Origin: Candidatus Omnitrophota bacterium
GTDB lineage: Bacteria; Omnitrophota; Gorgyraeia; Gygaellales; Profunditerraquicolaceae
Assembly: GCA_049517335.1 (NCBI GenBank)
Contig: JBEKSD010000010.1
Span: 1 to 46,644 of the forward strand
Direction: 5' to 3'
DNA: 46,644 nt
Part shown: in pieces, positions 1-8,669 of the stretch
How the letters are laid out: each line of letters begins with the position of its first letter
Position numbering within the stretch: the stretch's first letter is position 1
Translations under genes and position numbers: made by a program
Notes under the pieces: model-generated
Database searches by the model: none
What the model saw: the letters and a program-made list of their open reading frames with translations, nothing else
What the model was told of the DNA's origin: nothing

Positions 1-1
1 A

Positions 2-343
2 CTTATATTCCATTTCGATTATATCTATAGCTTTCCGCAAGAAGTACGCATTGATGGGGTTAATACCGATTACGCCAATTTTATTAATTCTGATTTCGCC
101 GTAGAGTATTTTTTAAGCAAAGGTTTTAGTTTTATGTTAGAAGCGAACACTTTTTGGCAGGGGGATAAGTGGCAGAATGGGGCAAGACAGCCATCTACAG
201 CGTCAAGGTCTTTAACTCTTTGCCCTGGCATAGGCTGGGCAAATGACAAAATCCAGACAGAGCTAGCATATCAAAGAGTTGTTTTGGGTAAGAATACATG
301 CGCCAACGATTCGATAGTTTTGACTTGCGTTTATACTTTTTAA
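2..343 (+). CDS. C-terminal part of a probable outer-membrane beta-barrel protein (truncated by window start)
   Basis: Frame is open from base 2 (LIFHFDYIYSFPQEVRIDGVNTDYANFINSDFAVEYFLSKGFSFMLEAN...) to TAA at 341-343; alternating hydrophobic strands and terminal ...LTCVYTF (C-terminal Phe typical of OM barrels). The 134 start in the ORF track is internal. Confidence 0.65.
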   Translation, partial: LIFHFDYIYSFPQEVRIDGVNTDYANFINSDFAVEYFLSKGFSFMLEANTFWQGDKWQNGARQPSTASRSLTLCPGIGWANDKIQTELAYQRVVLGKNTCANDSIVLTCVYTF

Positions 344-361
344 AAGGAGGGAATCGTTTTA

Positions 362-493
362 ATGAAAACCTGCGATCATTGCTGTACGAAGATTGATGAT
401 TTAAGCGTAAAATTCGGCGGCGCGACAATAGTTCTTTTTGTTTCCGGCTGTTATGGCATATCAGCATTATTAGGTAGGTATTTAAAGAAATGA
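362..493 (+). CDS. Small (43 aa) Cys/His-containing single-TM protein, not in ORF track
   Basis: AGGAGG at 345-350, ATG 362; MKTCDHCCTKIDDLSVKFGGATIVLFVSGCYGISALLGRYLKK; stop TGA 491-493 overlaps next ATG (ATGA). Confidence 0.7.
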   Translation: MKTCDHCCTKIDDLSVKFGGATIVLFVSGCYGISALLGRYLKK

Positions 494-1191
494 TGAATAC
501 ATTGCAAACAATTATAACTAAGTCGCCTCTTTTAGCAATATTTATTGTGTTTTGGGCAGGGTTTATTGCATCATTGAGTTCTTGCACAATAATCAGGATT
601 CCAATTGTTTTTGGCTATGTTTCAGGAGCACACCACCATAGTAAGCGAAAAGCATTTTTTTCGGCCGCTTGTTTAGCTTTAGGGTTAATCACCAGTTATA
701 CATTTTTAGGAATAGCCTTGATTCTTCTTAAGAATTTAGCCTTTGGTTTAGTACAGATAAGCAGATATCTTTATATGTTTTTGGGAGTTGTTTTGCTTGT
801 ACTTGGAATTTTCTACGCGGGGTTAATTAAAATCGGCAAAACGCACCATGAGCACTGTGAAATGAATACTAAGTTGAAAAAAAGAAGTTTTGTAGGATCA
901 TTTTTATTCGGTGTTATGTTTGCTTTCCTGGAGATGCCGGCTTGTCCTTGCTGCGCTTCTGTGCTTTTTGTAATTGCAAGCATTGTAGGTTTTTGGGATT
1001 CTTGGGTTTATTCTTTTATTATATTCTTAAGTTTTGCAATCGGTCAAAGCATGCCGATATTATTGATTGGTTCATCTACGAGCCTATTGAAACATTTGAC
1101 TCCAAAGGTTGCGGAAATAGAAAAATATACTCAATTTGTGGCAGGTAACATTCTTATAGCAATTGCCTTATTTTTCTTTATCCTGGCATAA
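490..1191 (+). CDS. CcdA/DsbD-family transmembrane thiol-disulfide transporter
   Basis: About 6 TM helices; SSCTIIRIP and MPACPCCAS at the two CcdA Cys positions; SFAIGQSMP-type C-terminal helix; His-rich loops (HHHS, HHEHC). Confidence 0.8.
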   Translation: MMNTLQTIITKSPLLAIFIVFWAGFIASLSSCTIIRIPIVFGYVSGAHHHSKRKAFFSAACLALGLITSYTFLGIALILLKNLAFGLVQISRYLYMFLGVVLLVLGIFYAGLIKIGKTHHEHCEMNTKLKKRSFVGSFLFGVMFAFLEMPACPCCASVLFVIASIVGFWDSWVYSFIIFLSFAIGQSMPILLIGSSTSLLKHLTPKVAEIEKYTQFVAGNILIAIALFFFILA

Positions 1192-1202
1192 GGAATCTCT
1201 CT

Positions 1203-1820
1203 ATGGAAAAACACGACTCTTGTAGCTGCATTCATTTACATGATCATAACAGGCATTCAGGGCTTGCTTTGAGATGGTCATTTAGCCTCATTTTTATAGC
1301 CTTGAGTTTGATCGTCATACGTCCCTTCATAGTGAAACAGTTACTATCCCGGGCATCTTCATATATGACGTGCGAACTGTTCAATGATGCGATAAGGAGC
1401 TATGAGAAGGCGGTATTTATTGATAAAAAAAATGTTATGGCCTGGGATATGCTTGGATATGGCTATAAAAGCAATGGTAATTTGGAAAAGTCTATCTACG
1501 CTTACCATCAGGCTATAAAAGCCGATCCTAAAGATAAAAGCGCAAACTTTAGTCTTGGAGTAATCCTAGCATCTGAAAAGAAATATAAAGAGGCAATACC
1601 ATATTTTGAACAGATCAGGGCATTCGGCCCGCAGGAGAGAGGGTTGGCGATAGATATTGTTTCTTACCATAAGTCGTCATTAAAATTACTTGCGAGCTGT
1701 TATGAAGCTTTAAAAGAATTTAATAAGAGGGATAGCGCCTTAGAAGAGCTGCGCAGGTATTATCCTAAAAATAATATGATATTGGATGTAACAAAATCTA
1801 GGAGACCACTAAAACAATGA
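1203..1820 (+). CDS. Membrane-anchored TPR protein with His/Cys-rich N-terminus
   Basis: MEKHDSCSCIHLHDHNRH, one TM, then TPR motifs (AWDMLGYGY...AIKADP; ANFSLGVIL...EAIPYFE). Confidence 0.8.
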   Translation: MEKHDSCSCIHLHDHNRHSGLALRWSFSLIFIALSLIVIRPFIVKQLLSRASSYMTCELFNDAIRSYEKAVFIDKKNVMAWDMLGYGYKSNGNLEKSIYAYHQAIKADPKDKSANFSLGVILASEKKYKEAIPYFEQIRAFGPQERGLAIDIVSYHKSSLKLLASCYEALKEFNKRDSALEELRRYYPKNNMILDVTKSRRPLKQ

Positions 1821-2398
1821 GAAAGTCTGTTACTATTTTAAAATATACGTTTCTTTTAATAATAATATCTTTATTCGCGATGAAGAAACCAAATCAAACT
1901 CAGTCATTTCATTCTGTACTATTTGCAGGTGATGTTTTTGCTAGCCAATCAGATGATAGGAAAGTATATAATTTAGACATAAGACGCCTTGAGAAAGTTC
2001 AAGACCAGATTACTAAAGAAGGAGATGATATAAAAGGCTTCCCAGCAGATATTCTTCAATTAAATGGTAAGAAAGTTAGATTAACAGGTTACCTTTTGCT
2101 ACCCTACGATGCCTATCTTTCAGATGGCTCTTTTGGTGATTTTGCCTTGGGAAAGAATGCCTACGGCTGTCCGTGCTGTAACTGGGGTTCTAGCCCGCCG
2201 CCCACAATATTCAACGTAGTCTTCATTACTATGAAAAATGGGCAGAAATTAAAACCTCCATTTACTCCTCTTGTAGAAGTTATAGGTACATTCTACGCGC
2301 ATCAGGAATATTTCGCTGATGAAAAGGGGAAGAAGCAACTTACAGGGCTATTTTTTATACAAGACGCAGAGGCCAAGAAAAAAAGACCGTTGTTTTAA
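1817..2398 (+). CDS. DUF3299-like exported OB-fold protein
   Basis: N-terminal hydrophobic anchor; LNGKKVRLTGYLLLP...F.L...GCPCC...PPP...VFI...VEVIG matches the DUF3299 pattern; ATGA overlap with TPR gene. Confidence 0.65.
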   Translation: MRKSVTILKYTFLLIIISLFAMKKPNQTQSFHSVLFAGDVFASQSDDRKVYNLDIRRLEKVQDQITKEGDDIKGFPADILQLNGKKVRLTGYLLLPYDAYLSDGSFGDFALGKNAYGCPCCNWGSSPPPTIFNVVFITMKNGQKLKPPFTPLVEVIGTFYAHQEYFADEKGKKQLTGLFFIQDAEAKKKRPLF

Positions 2399-2473
2399 GG
2401 AATAATCCTTAAGGAATTGATTTATTGACTACGACTCCGTATTTCTGGAGCAAGGTGTTAACTATATAAAAAA

Positions 2474-3736
2474 TTGATTATGGCTAGAATGCAGAAAAGA
2501 GAAATTTTAGATAAAATTTATAGGTTTTTAAAGTTTATTTATATAAAGCTTGTTAGAATTAATGATTCCCCTCAGAAAGTAGCCTTGGGTTTTGCCCTAG
2601 GTGTATTTGCGGGAGTTATGCCTGTAATAAGCCTAAGGGAGGCTTTCTTCTTGGCTTTACTTTTTCGGGTAAATTGGCCAAGCGCATTACTGAGTTGTAT
2701 TCTTACCGATAACTGGACTACGATCTTGACATTTTTGTTGGCTATTAAAACGGGTTCATATATAATGGGAGTAGATTGGCATAGCATATACGCTACCAGT
2801 CAGCAGCTGCTAAAACATTTTCATTGGTCTTATTTATTAAAATTATCAATATTAAAGATTCTTATTCCAGTTACTGTTGGTTATATTGTTATTTCATTAT
2901 TTTTTGCATTTTTATCTTATCTTTTTGCATTAATAGTAGTTACAAGAATAAAATTTAAAAAAAGAAAGGATAGCATGAAAAAGATGCTATTAAGCTTTAT
3001 AGTAGTTGTGGGCATAGCTATATTTACTTCTTATGTATTCGCTGCGCCTGATGAAGTTGCTAAACAAAATGTTGTTTCTGAAGCAAATAAAACAACAGAT
3101 AATAATGCAACTATCAATGCGCTGGATGAACATGGTTTTACTCAGCTTATCGAGGCAGCTAAATCTAATTCTTTAGAGGTAGCAAAGTTGCTAATGGATA
3201 AAGGGGTAGACGTTAATCTAAAGGATGCTAATACCGGAGCAACGGCTCTTATGTATGCAGTCGGTCATGGTAACTTAGATATGGTAAAGCTGTTATTAGA
3301 GAATAAAGCAGACATCAATGCAACAGATAAGGCTGAACAGACTGCATTAATGATTGCAGCCATGAATGGCTCCTTAGAAATAACAAAATTATTGATAGAA
3401 AAAGGCGCTGATATTAATCTACAGGAAGGTTATAAGATGAATGCGTTGATGTTTGCGCTTAGCCAAAGCAACTTAGATGTAGCAAAATTATTAATAGATA
3501 AAGGAACAGATGTTAATGCCAAAGACTTGACTGGGGAAACCGCATTGATGATGACAGCTGAAGGCGACTTCCCGGATATAACAAAGATACTGATAGATAA
3601 AGGGGCTGACATTAACGCAAAAGACAAAGATGGTAAGACAGCTTTGGCAATGGCTAATGAATTTAAGCATGACGAAATCGCAAGCCTGCTTAAACAACCT
3701 AAAAAAGATATAGGTGAAGCTGGAGGCAAGCAATGA
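2474..3736 (+). CDS. DUF2062 membrane domain read in frame into a signal-peptide-bearing 6x ankyrin repeat protein (second part may start independently at 2975)
   Basis: DSPQKVALGFALGVFAGVMP (DUF2062); internal AAGGA-N4-ATG 2975 with signal peptide MKKMLLSFIVVVGIAIFTSYVFA; six ankyrin repeats (G.TALM.A...G....VKLL...GADIN). True start uncertain (TTG 2474 or a nearby ATG). Confidence 0.75.
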   Translation: MIMARMQKREILDKIYRFLKFIYIKLVRINDSPQKVALGFALGVFAGVMPVISLREAFFLALLFRVNWPSALLSCILTDNWTTILTFLLAIKTGSYIMGVDWHSIYATSQQLLKHFHWSYLLKLSILKILIPVTVGYIVISLFFAFLSYLFALIVVTRIKFKKRKDSMKKMLLSFIVVVGIAIFTSYVFAAPDEVAKQNVVSEANKTTDNNATINALDEHGFTQLIEAAKSNSLEVAKLLMDKGVDVNLKDANTGATALMYAVGHGNLDMVKLLLENKADINATDKAEQTALMIAAMNGSLEITKLLIEKGADINLQEGYKMNALMFALSQSNLDVAKLLIDKGTDVNAKDLTGETALMMTAEGDFPDITKILIDKGADINAKDKDGKTALAMANEFKHDEIASLLKQPKKDIGEAGGKQ

Positions 3737-4107
3737 ATAAACTAAAATGGTTTGTTTCTATTATAGTATTTATTCTAATATTAACTCCCGTGCTTTGTTT
3801 GGCGAGTATTGCTGATCAGTTATGTGATGCAGCAATGGGCAATGATATCCAAAAAGTCAATGAATTGATAGCTAAGGGTACAAATGTGAATGAAAAATCC
3901 CATTATGGCTTGACAGCATTAGAATGTGCGGTATGGAATGCCCACACTGAACTTGTAAAGCTTCTAATAGATAAAGGTGCAGACGTAAATGAGAAATTAG
4001 ACAACAATGAAACAGCCTTATCAATAGCTAAAACAAAAACCCCCGAAAGACACCGCGATGAAATAGTTAAATTACTTATACAAGCCGGGGCTAAAGAGGA
4101 TAAATAA
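3733..4107 (+). CDS. Secreted ankyrin repeat protein
   Basis: GGAGG RBS, ATGA overlap, signal peptide, about 3 ankyrin repeats (GLTALECAVWNAHTELVKLLIDKGADVN). Confidence 0.85.
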   Translation: MNKLKWFVSIIVFILILTPVLCLASIADQLCDAAMGNDIQKVNELIAKGTNVNEKSHYGLTALECAVWNAHTELVKLLIDKGADVNEKLDNNETALSIAKTKTPERHRDEIVKLLIQAGAKEDK

Positions 4108-4219
4108 AACTTAAAACAATCTTTCTTCGAGGGTAAACTAAGTAATAGTAAATAGGCATTAAGAAGGAAATTATTAAAAGTATTGCCAGAATGTAGCCCA
4201 AAAAGGCGATTTATCGTTC

Positions 4220-4435
4220 ATGTCCGGGTCAAGATAGGCGGACATCCGTATCTCTCAATACAGTAACAGGTTAGAGAATTTTCGGTCAAAAAAGACCGGA
4301 CAAAACGGACACAATTTCGCCAATTTTGTCAGTCCGGACACCGAAAATCACTGCGGGATTCTATCTCTGAGCTCGAAAATTTCTTGCCGTAACCTACTAT
4401 TGCGGCTATAATACACCTATATAAATAAGAGATAC
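4220..4435. repeat. Intergenic nested inverted repeats with five CGGACA hexamers
   Basis: CGGACA at 4239, 4297, 4306, 4335 and its complement at 4221; complementary pairs 4220-4226/4239-4245, 4248-4255/4428-4435, 4268-4273/4390-4395, 4277-4284/4374-4381, 4278-4286/4340-4348, 4299-4305/4324-4330. Confidence 0.6.
4384..4412 (+). promoter_or_regulatory. Sigma70-type promoter for glmS
   Basis: TTGCCG (4384-4389) - 17 bp - TATAAT (4407-4412). Confidence 0.65.
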
Positions 4436-4482
4436 TTCCCCGTAGTGATACGGGAAAGGGACATTGATTTTAGAGGTGCTTA

Positions 4483-6318
4483 ATGTGCGGCATAGTCGGT
4501 TATATCGGCTCAAAAGAAGCGCAGCCTATCCTTTTAAACGGATTAAAACGCCTTGAATACCGCGGCTATGATTCAAGCGGTATAGCTTTAATCCTGCCCA
4601 AGAAAAACAATATATCTGTAAGAAAATCCCCCGGTAAAATAAGCGCTTTGGAAAAACTATTAAACTCCCGTCCTTTATCGGGCAGTGTTGGTATTGCCCA
4701 TACCCGCTGGGCAACTCACGGTGCCCCTACTCAAGGAAACGCCCATCCGCATGAAGATTGCGGTAGAGAGATAGCCATAGTCCACAACGGTATTATTGAA
4801 AACTTTGAAGCTTTAAAGGTTGGTCTGATTAAAGAAGGCCATAAATTCCGTAGCCAGACTGATACCGAAGTCATCGTTCACCTCATTGAAAAGTTTCATA
4901 AAAATATTCCTCTTGAAGACGCGGTGCGCAAGGCCTTAAAACTTTTAACCGGTTCTTTTGCTATAGGCGTTATTTCCAGTAAAGAGCCCGATAAGTTAGT
5001 CGGCGCCCGTTTGGGAAGCCCGTTGATAGTAGGATTGGGCAGGAGTGAAAATTTTCTTGCTTCGGATGTGCCTGCAGTTTTAGAGTACACCAAAGAAATT
5101 ATATTCTTGGATGAGGGCGAACTCGTAGTGCTAACTAAGGAGGGCGTAAGAGTTACCGACCTTAACGGGAAAACCATCCCTAAAAATCCGACCCACATTG
5201 CATGGGATATAACTCAGGCGCAAAAACAGGGTTATCCGCATTTTATGCTTAAAGAAATCAACGAACAGCCGGGCATAATCGAAAACATTTTAAGCTTTTA
5301 TATTCAGAAAGACAATAAAGTGAATTTTTCCGAGCAGAATATTTCAGAAGAACGGTTGAAGTCAATAAAAAATATTTCTATTGTTGCCTGCGGTACGGCA
5401 TATCATGCGGGCCTGGTCGGAAAATACATTTTAGAAGCAATATGTGGTATACCGATATGTACGGATGTTTCGAGCGAATTCCGGTACCGCGACCTTTTAA
5501 TTGATAAAGATACTTTGGTAATCGCCATAAGCCAGTCAGGGGAAACTGCGGATACTCTGGCAGGGGTGCGCGAAGTGCGTAAGAGAGGCGCTGCAGTTTT
5601 ATCAATTTGCAATGTCCTTGGTTCAACTTTGACCCGGGAATCCGACGGCGTAATTTATACCCACGCCGGCCCAGAAATCGGGGTGGCGTCTACCAAGGCT
5701 TACACCGCTCAGCTGGCAGTGTTTTATTTAATTGCTCTTTATCTTGGCAACATAAGGAATACTTTGAATAATGGCAGGCGCAATAAATTTATTGAAGAGT
5801 TAAGGCGCGTGCCGGCACTTATGGGAGAAGTTTTAAAAGAGCAAGACAAGATTGCCAGCCTTTCCCGTCGGCACTCGCATCTCGGTTCATTTTTATATTT
5901 AGGCCGTAATATAAATTACCCCTCGGCGCTGGAAGGGGCGCTGAAGTTAAAAGAAATTTCTTATATCCCTGCTGAAGGGTATGCGGCAGGAGAGATGAAA
6001 CACGGCCCCATAGCCTTAATCGATGAGTACCGCGCAGTTGTTTGCATTACGCCCGAGTCAAAAGTGTATGATAAAATGATCTCCAATATTCAGGAGATCC
6101 GTTCGCGTAAGGGTAAGATTATTGCTATAGCCACCAAAGGGGATGAAGGAATCCGGGATTTGACTAAAGAAATTATTTATACCCCTAAAATAGAAGAATT
6201 TTTCTCCCCCCTTATTATAGCGCTGACTTTACAATTATTGGCGTACCATATTGCGGTCAAGCGCGGATGCGATGTTGACCAGCCGCGCAACCTGGCTAAA
6301 AGCGTCACCGTAGAATAA
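4483..6318 (+). CDS. glmS: Glutamine--fructose-6-phosphate aminotransferase
   Basis: MCGIVG (catalytic Cys), LEYRGYDS, HTRWATHG, SQSGETADT, C-terminal DQPRNLAKSVTVE. Confidence 0.98.
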   Translation: MCGIVGYIGSKEAQPILLNGLKRLEYRGYDSSGIALILPKKNNISVRKSPGKISALEKLLNSRPLSGSVGIAHTRWATHGAPTQGNAHPHEDCGREIAIVHNGIIENFEALKVGLIKEGHKFRSQTDTEVIVHLIEKFHKNIPLEDAVRKALKLLTGSFAIGVISSKEPDKLVGARLGSPLIVGLGRSENFLASDVPAVLEYTKEIIFLDEGELVVLTKEGVRVTDLNGKTIPKNPTHIAWDITQAQKQGYPHFMLKEINEQPGIIENILSFYIQKDNKVNFSEQNISEERLKSIKNISIVACGTAYHAGLVGKYILEAICGIPICTDVSSEFRYRDLLIDKDTLVIAISQSGETADTLAGVREVRKRGAAVLSICNVLGSTLTRESDGVIYTHAGPEIGVASTKAYTAQLAVFYLIALYLGNIRNTLNNGRRNKFIEELRRVPALMGEVLKEQDKIASLSRRHSHLGSFLYLGRNINYPSALEGALKLKEISYIPAEGYAAGEMKHGPIALIDEYRAVVCITPESKVYDKMISNIQEIRSRKGKIIAIATKGDEGIRDLTKEIIYTPKIEEFFSPLIIALTLQLLAYHIAVKRGCDVDQPRNLAKSVTVE

Positions 6319-6322
6319 TCAT

Positions 6323-6357
6323 AGGGGAGAGACCCCTTGGGGTCTCTCCCCTGTTTT
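6323..6357 (+). terminator. Intrinsic terminator after glmS
   Basis: Perfect 13-bp stem AGGGGAGAGACCC (6323-6335)/GGGTCTCTCCCCT (6340-6352), CTTG loop, followed by GTTTT. Confidence 0.75.
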
Positions 6358-6363
6358 AGAATT

Positions 6364-7017
6364 ATGCTTTATATCGTTGCTACCCCCATAGGGAACCTAA
6401 AAGATATTTCTTATCGCGCAGTTGAGGTTTTAAATGCGGTTAGTTTGATCGCCTGCGAAGACACGCGCCATAGCAAAATTCTTTTACAGCATTACGGAAT
6501 TAAAACTTCCACTACAAGCTTTTTCCAGCATAACAGATTCACCAAGGGAGAATATTTAATTAACTTCTTAAAAAACGGCAAAGATATCGCGCTTATCTCT
6601 GATGCCGGTATGCCGGGAATTTTAGACCCCGGGTACAATTTAATAAACCTCGCCATAGAAAATAATATTCCGGTTACGGTCATCCCCGGACCCACTGCTT
6701 TTGTAAATGCGCTTGTTTTATCCGGTAAGAGTGCACATAGGTTTATTTTTGAAGGGTTCCTGCCCAATAAGAAGATATCGCGTAAAAACCGCTTGAAAGA
6801 ACTCGCCGCTTTGAAATGCACGATAATTTTCTACGAATCCTGCCATAGAATTCTTTCTTTTTTAGAAGATGTTCAGGAAGTTTTTCCCTCGAAGGAAGTA
6901 TTTATAGCCAGGGAATTGACTAAAAGATTCGAAGAAGTGTTACGCGGAAAACCGTCAGAGATTATCCAGAGGTTCCAAAATACCGTTCCTAAAGGAGAAT
7001 TTGTGGTGATAATTTAA
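6364..7017 (+). CDS. rsmI: 16S rRNA (cytidine1402-2'-O)-methyltransferase
   Basis: MLYIVATPIGNL..., ACEDTRH, SDAGMPGILDPG, ARELTK.FEE, KGEFVV. Start moved to ATG 6364 because 6337 lies within the terminator. Confidence 0.95.
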   Translation: MLYIVATPIGNLKDISYRAVEVLNAVSLIACEDTRHSKILLQHYGIKTSTTSFFQHNRFTKGEYLINFLKNGKDIALISDAGMPGILDPGYNLINLAIENNIPVTVIPGPTAFVNALVLSGKSAHRFIFEGFLPNKKISRKNRLKELAALKCTIIFYESCHRILSFLEDVQEVFPSKEVFIARELTKRFEEVLRGKPSEIIQRFQNTVPKGEFVVII

Positions 7018-7019
7018 CC

Positions 7020-7047
7020 TTGACATTTAATTGTGAGATGGTATACT
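7020..7047 (+). promoter_or_regulatory. Sigma70 promoter of pyr operon
   Basis: TTGACA (7020-7025) - 16 bp - TATACT (7042-7047) with extended -10 TG. Confidence 0.75.
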
Positions 7048-7064
7048 AATTAAAATTAATAATA

Positions 7065-7098
7065 ACCTTTAAGACCGGCTCAGAGAAGCCGGCAAGGT
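7065..7098 (+). promoter_or_regulatory. PyrR-binding stem-loop (anti-antiterminator)
   Basis: ACCTTTAA...CCGGCT-CAGAGA-AGCCGG...AAGGT: CUUUAA element and CAGAGA hexaloop as in Bacillus PyrR sites, directly upstream of pyrR. Confidence 0.8.
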
Positions 7099-7134
7099 GA
7101 GGAAGATGAGAAAAGAGCGAAGAATAAGTATAAA

Positions 7135-7726
<592 letters not shown>

Positions 7727-7727
7727 T

Positions 7728-8669
7728 ATGGCAAATTGGGTAAAAAAAGACCTTTTGGGGCTTGAAGAACTTACGCAAGAGGAGATAGAATTTATTTTAT
7801 CTACCGCAGAGTCCTTTAAGGAAGTTTCAACAAGGGAAATCAAGAAAGTCCCGGCGCTACGCGGCAAAACGGTAGTCAATTTATTTTATGAGCCTTCTAC
7901 GCGCACCCGCGTTTCATTTGAAGTCGCCGCAAAAAGGCTCTCTGCCGACGTGATCAATATTGCCAGCGAAACATCAAGCGTAAAAAAGGGCGAGACCTTA
8001 ATTGATACTGGTAGGAATATAGAGGCATTAAAAGCGGACATTATCGTTATGCGCCACAATTATTCGGGAGCACCAGTCTTACTTGCCCGGCATCTGGATA
8101 TCAGCGTGGTAAATGCCGGAGACGGCTGGCATGAACATCCTACGCAGGCGCTGCTGGATATTTTTACCTTAAAAGAAAAGCTGGGAAAAATTAAAGGTTT
8201 AAAGGTAAGCATAATCGGGGATATCGCGCATTCGCGGGTGGCCCGTTCAAATATCTGGGGACTGACCAAATTAGGGGCAAAGGTTACGGTTTGTGCTCCG
8301 AAACTGCTTATTCCGGCCGGGATTAAAGAGATGGGCGCAGAAGTCACTCATGACATTGATGAAGCGCTTGCCGAAGCGGATGCGGTTAATGTCCTGCGCA
8401 TGCAGTTTGAGCGTGATGAGCAGAATGCCTTCCCCAAACAGATAGAATATTTTAAGAATTTCGGCGTTACCGAAGAGCGCTTGGTTAAAGCCAAAAAGAA
8501 CATTGTCGTCATGCATCCGGGCCCGATAAACCGCGGCATTGAGATGTCCAGTGAAGTTGCCGACGGGCAAAATTCGGTTATTTTAGAGCAGGTAACCAAC
8601 GGTATTGCGGTAAGGATGGCGGTATTATTTCTGGTTGCGCAAGCAAGGGATGAAAAGCGGATAAAATGA
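7728..8669 (+). CDS. pyrB: Aspartate carbamoyltransferase catalytic subunit
   Basis: FYEPSTRTR, NAGDG.HEHPTQALLD, HSRVARS, MHPGPINRG. Confidence 0.97.
   Translation: MANWVKKDLLGLEELTQEEIEFILSTAESFKEVSTREIKKVPALRGKTVVNLFYEPSTRTRVSFEVAAKRLSADVINIASETSSVKKGETLIDTGRNIEALKADIIVMRHNYSGAPVLLARHLDISVVNAGDGWHEHPTQALLDIFTLKEKLGKIKGLKVSIIGDIAHSRVARSNIWGLTKLGAKVTVCAPKLLIPAGIKEMGAEVTHDIDEALAEADAVNVLRMQFERDEQNAFPKQIEYFKNFGVTEERLVKAKKNIVVMHPGPINRGIEMSSEVADGQNSVILEQVTNGIAVRMAVLFLVAQARDEKRIK

Noticed and set aside
195-587. 130-aa minus-strand ORF and the many other antisense/nested ORFs in the track (e.g. 8578-9078, 16461-16967, 31907-32353, 41664-42179, 45429-45935)
   Set aside because: They overlap well-supported genes and show no recognisable motifs; treated as shadow ORFs.
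4413-4482. glmS ribozyme in the glmS leader
   Set aside because: The predicted leader is only about 65 nt and I cannot find the conserved ribozyme core; only a small GTGA-loop hairpin is present.
6280-6360. Tn7 insertion at attTn7 downstream of glmS
   Set aside because: The glmS 3' end is followed directly by a terminator and rsmI; no Tn7 ends or tns genes, so the site is empty.
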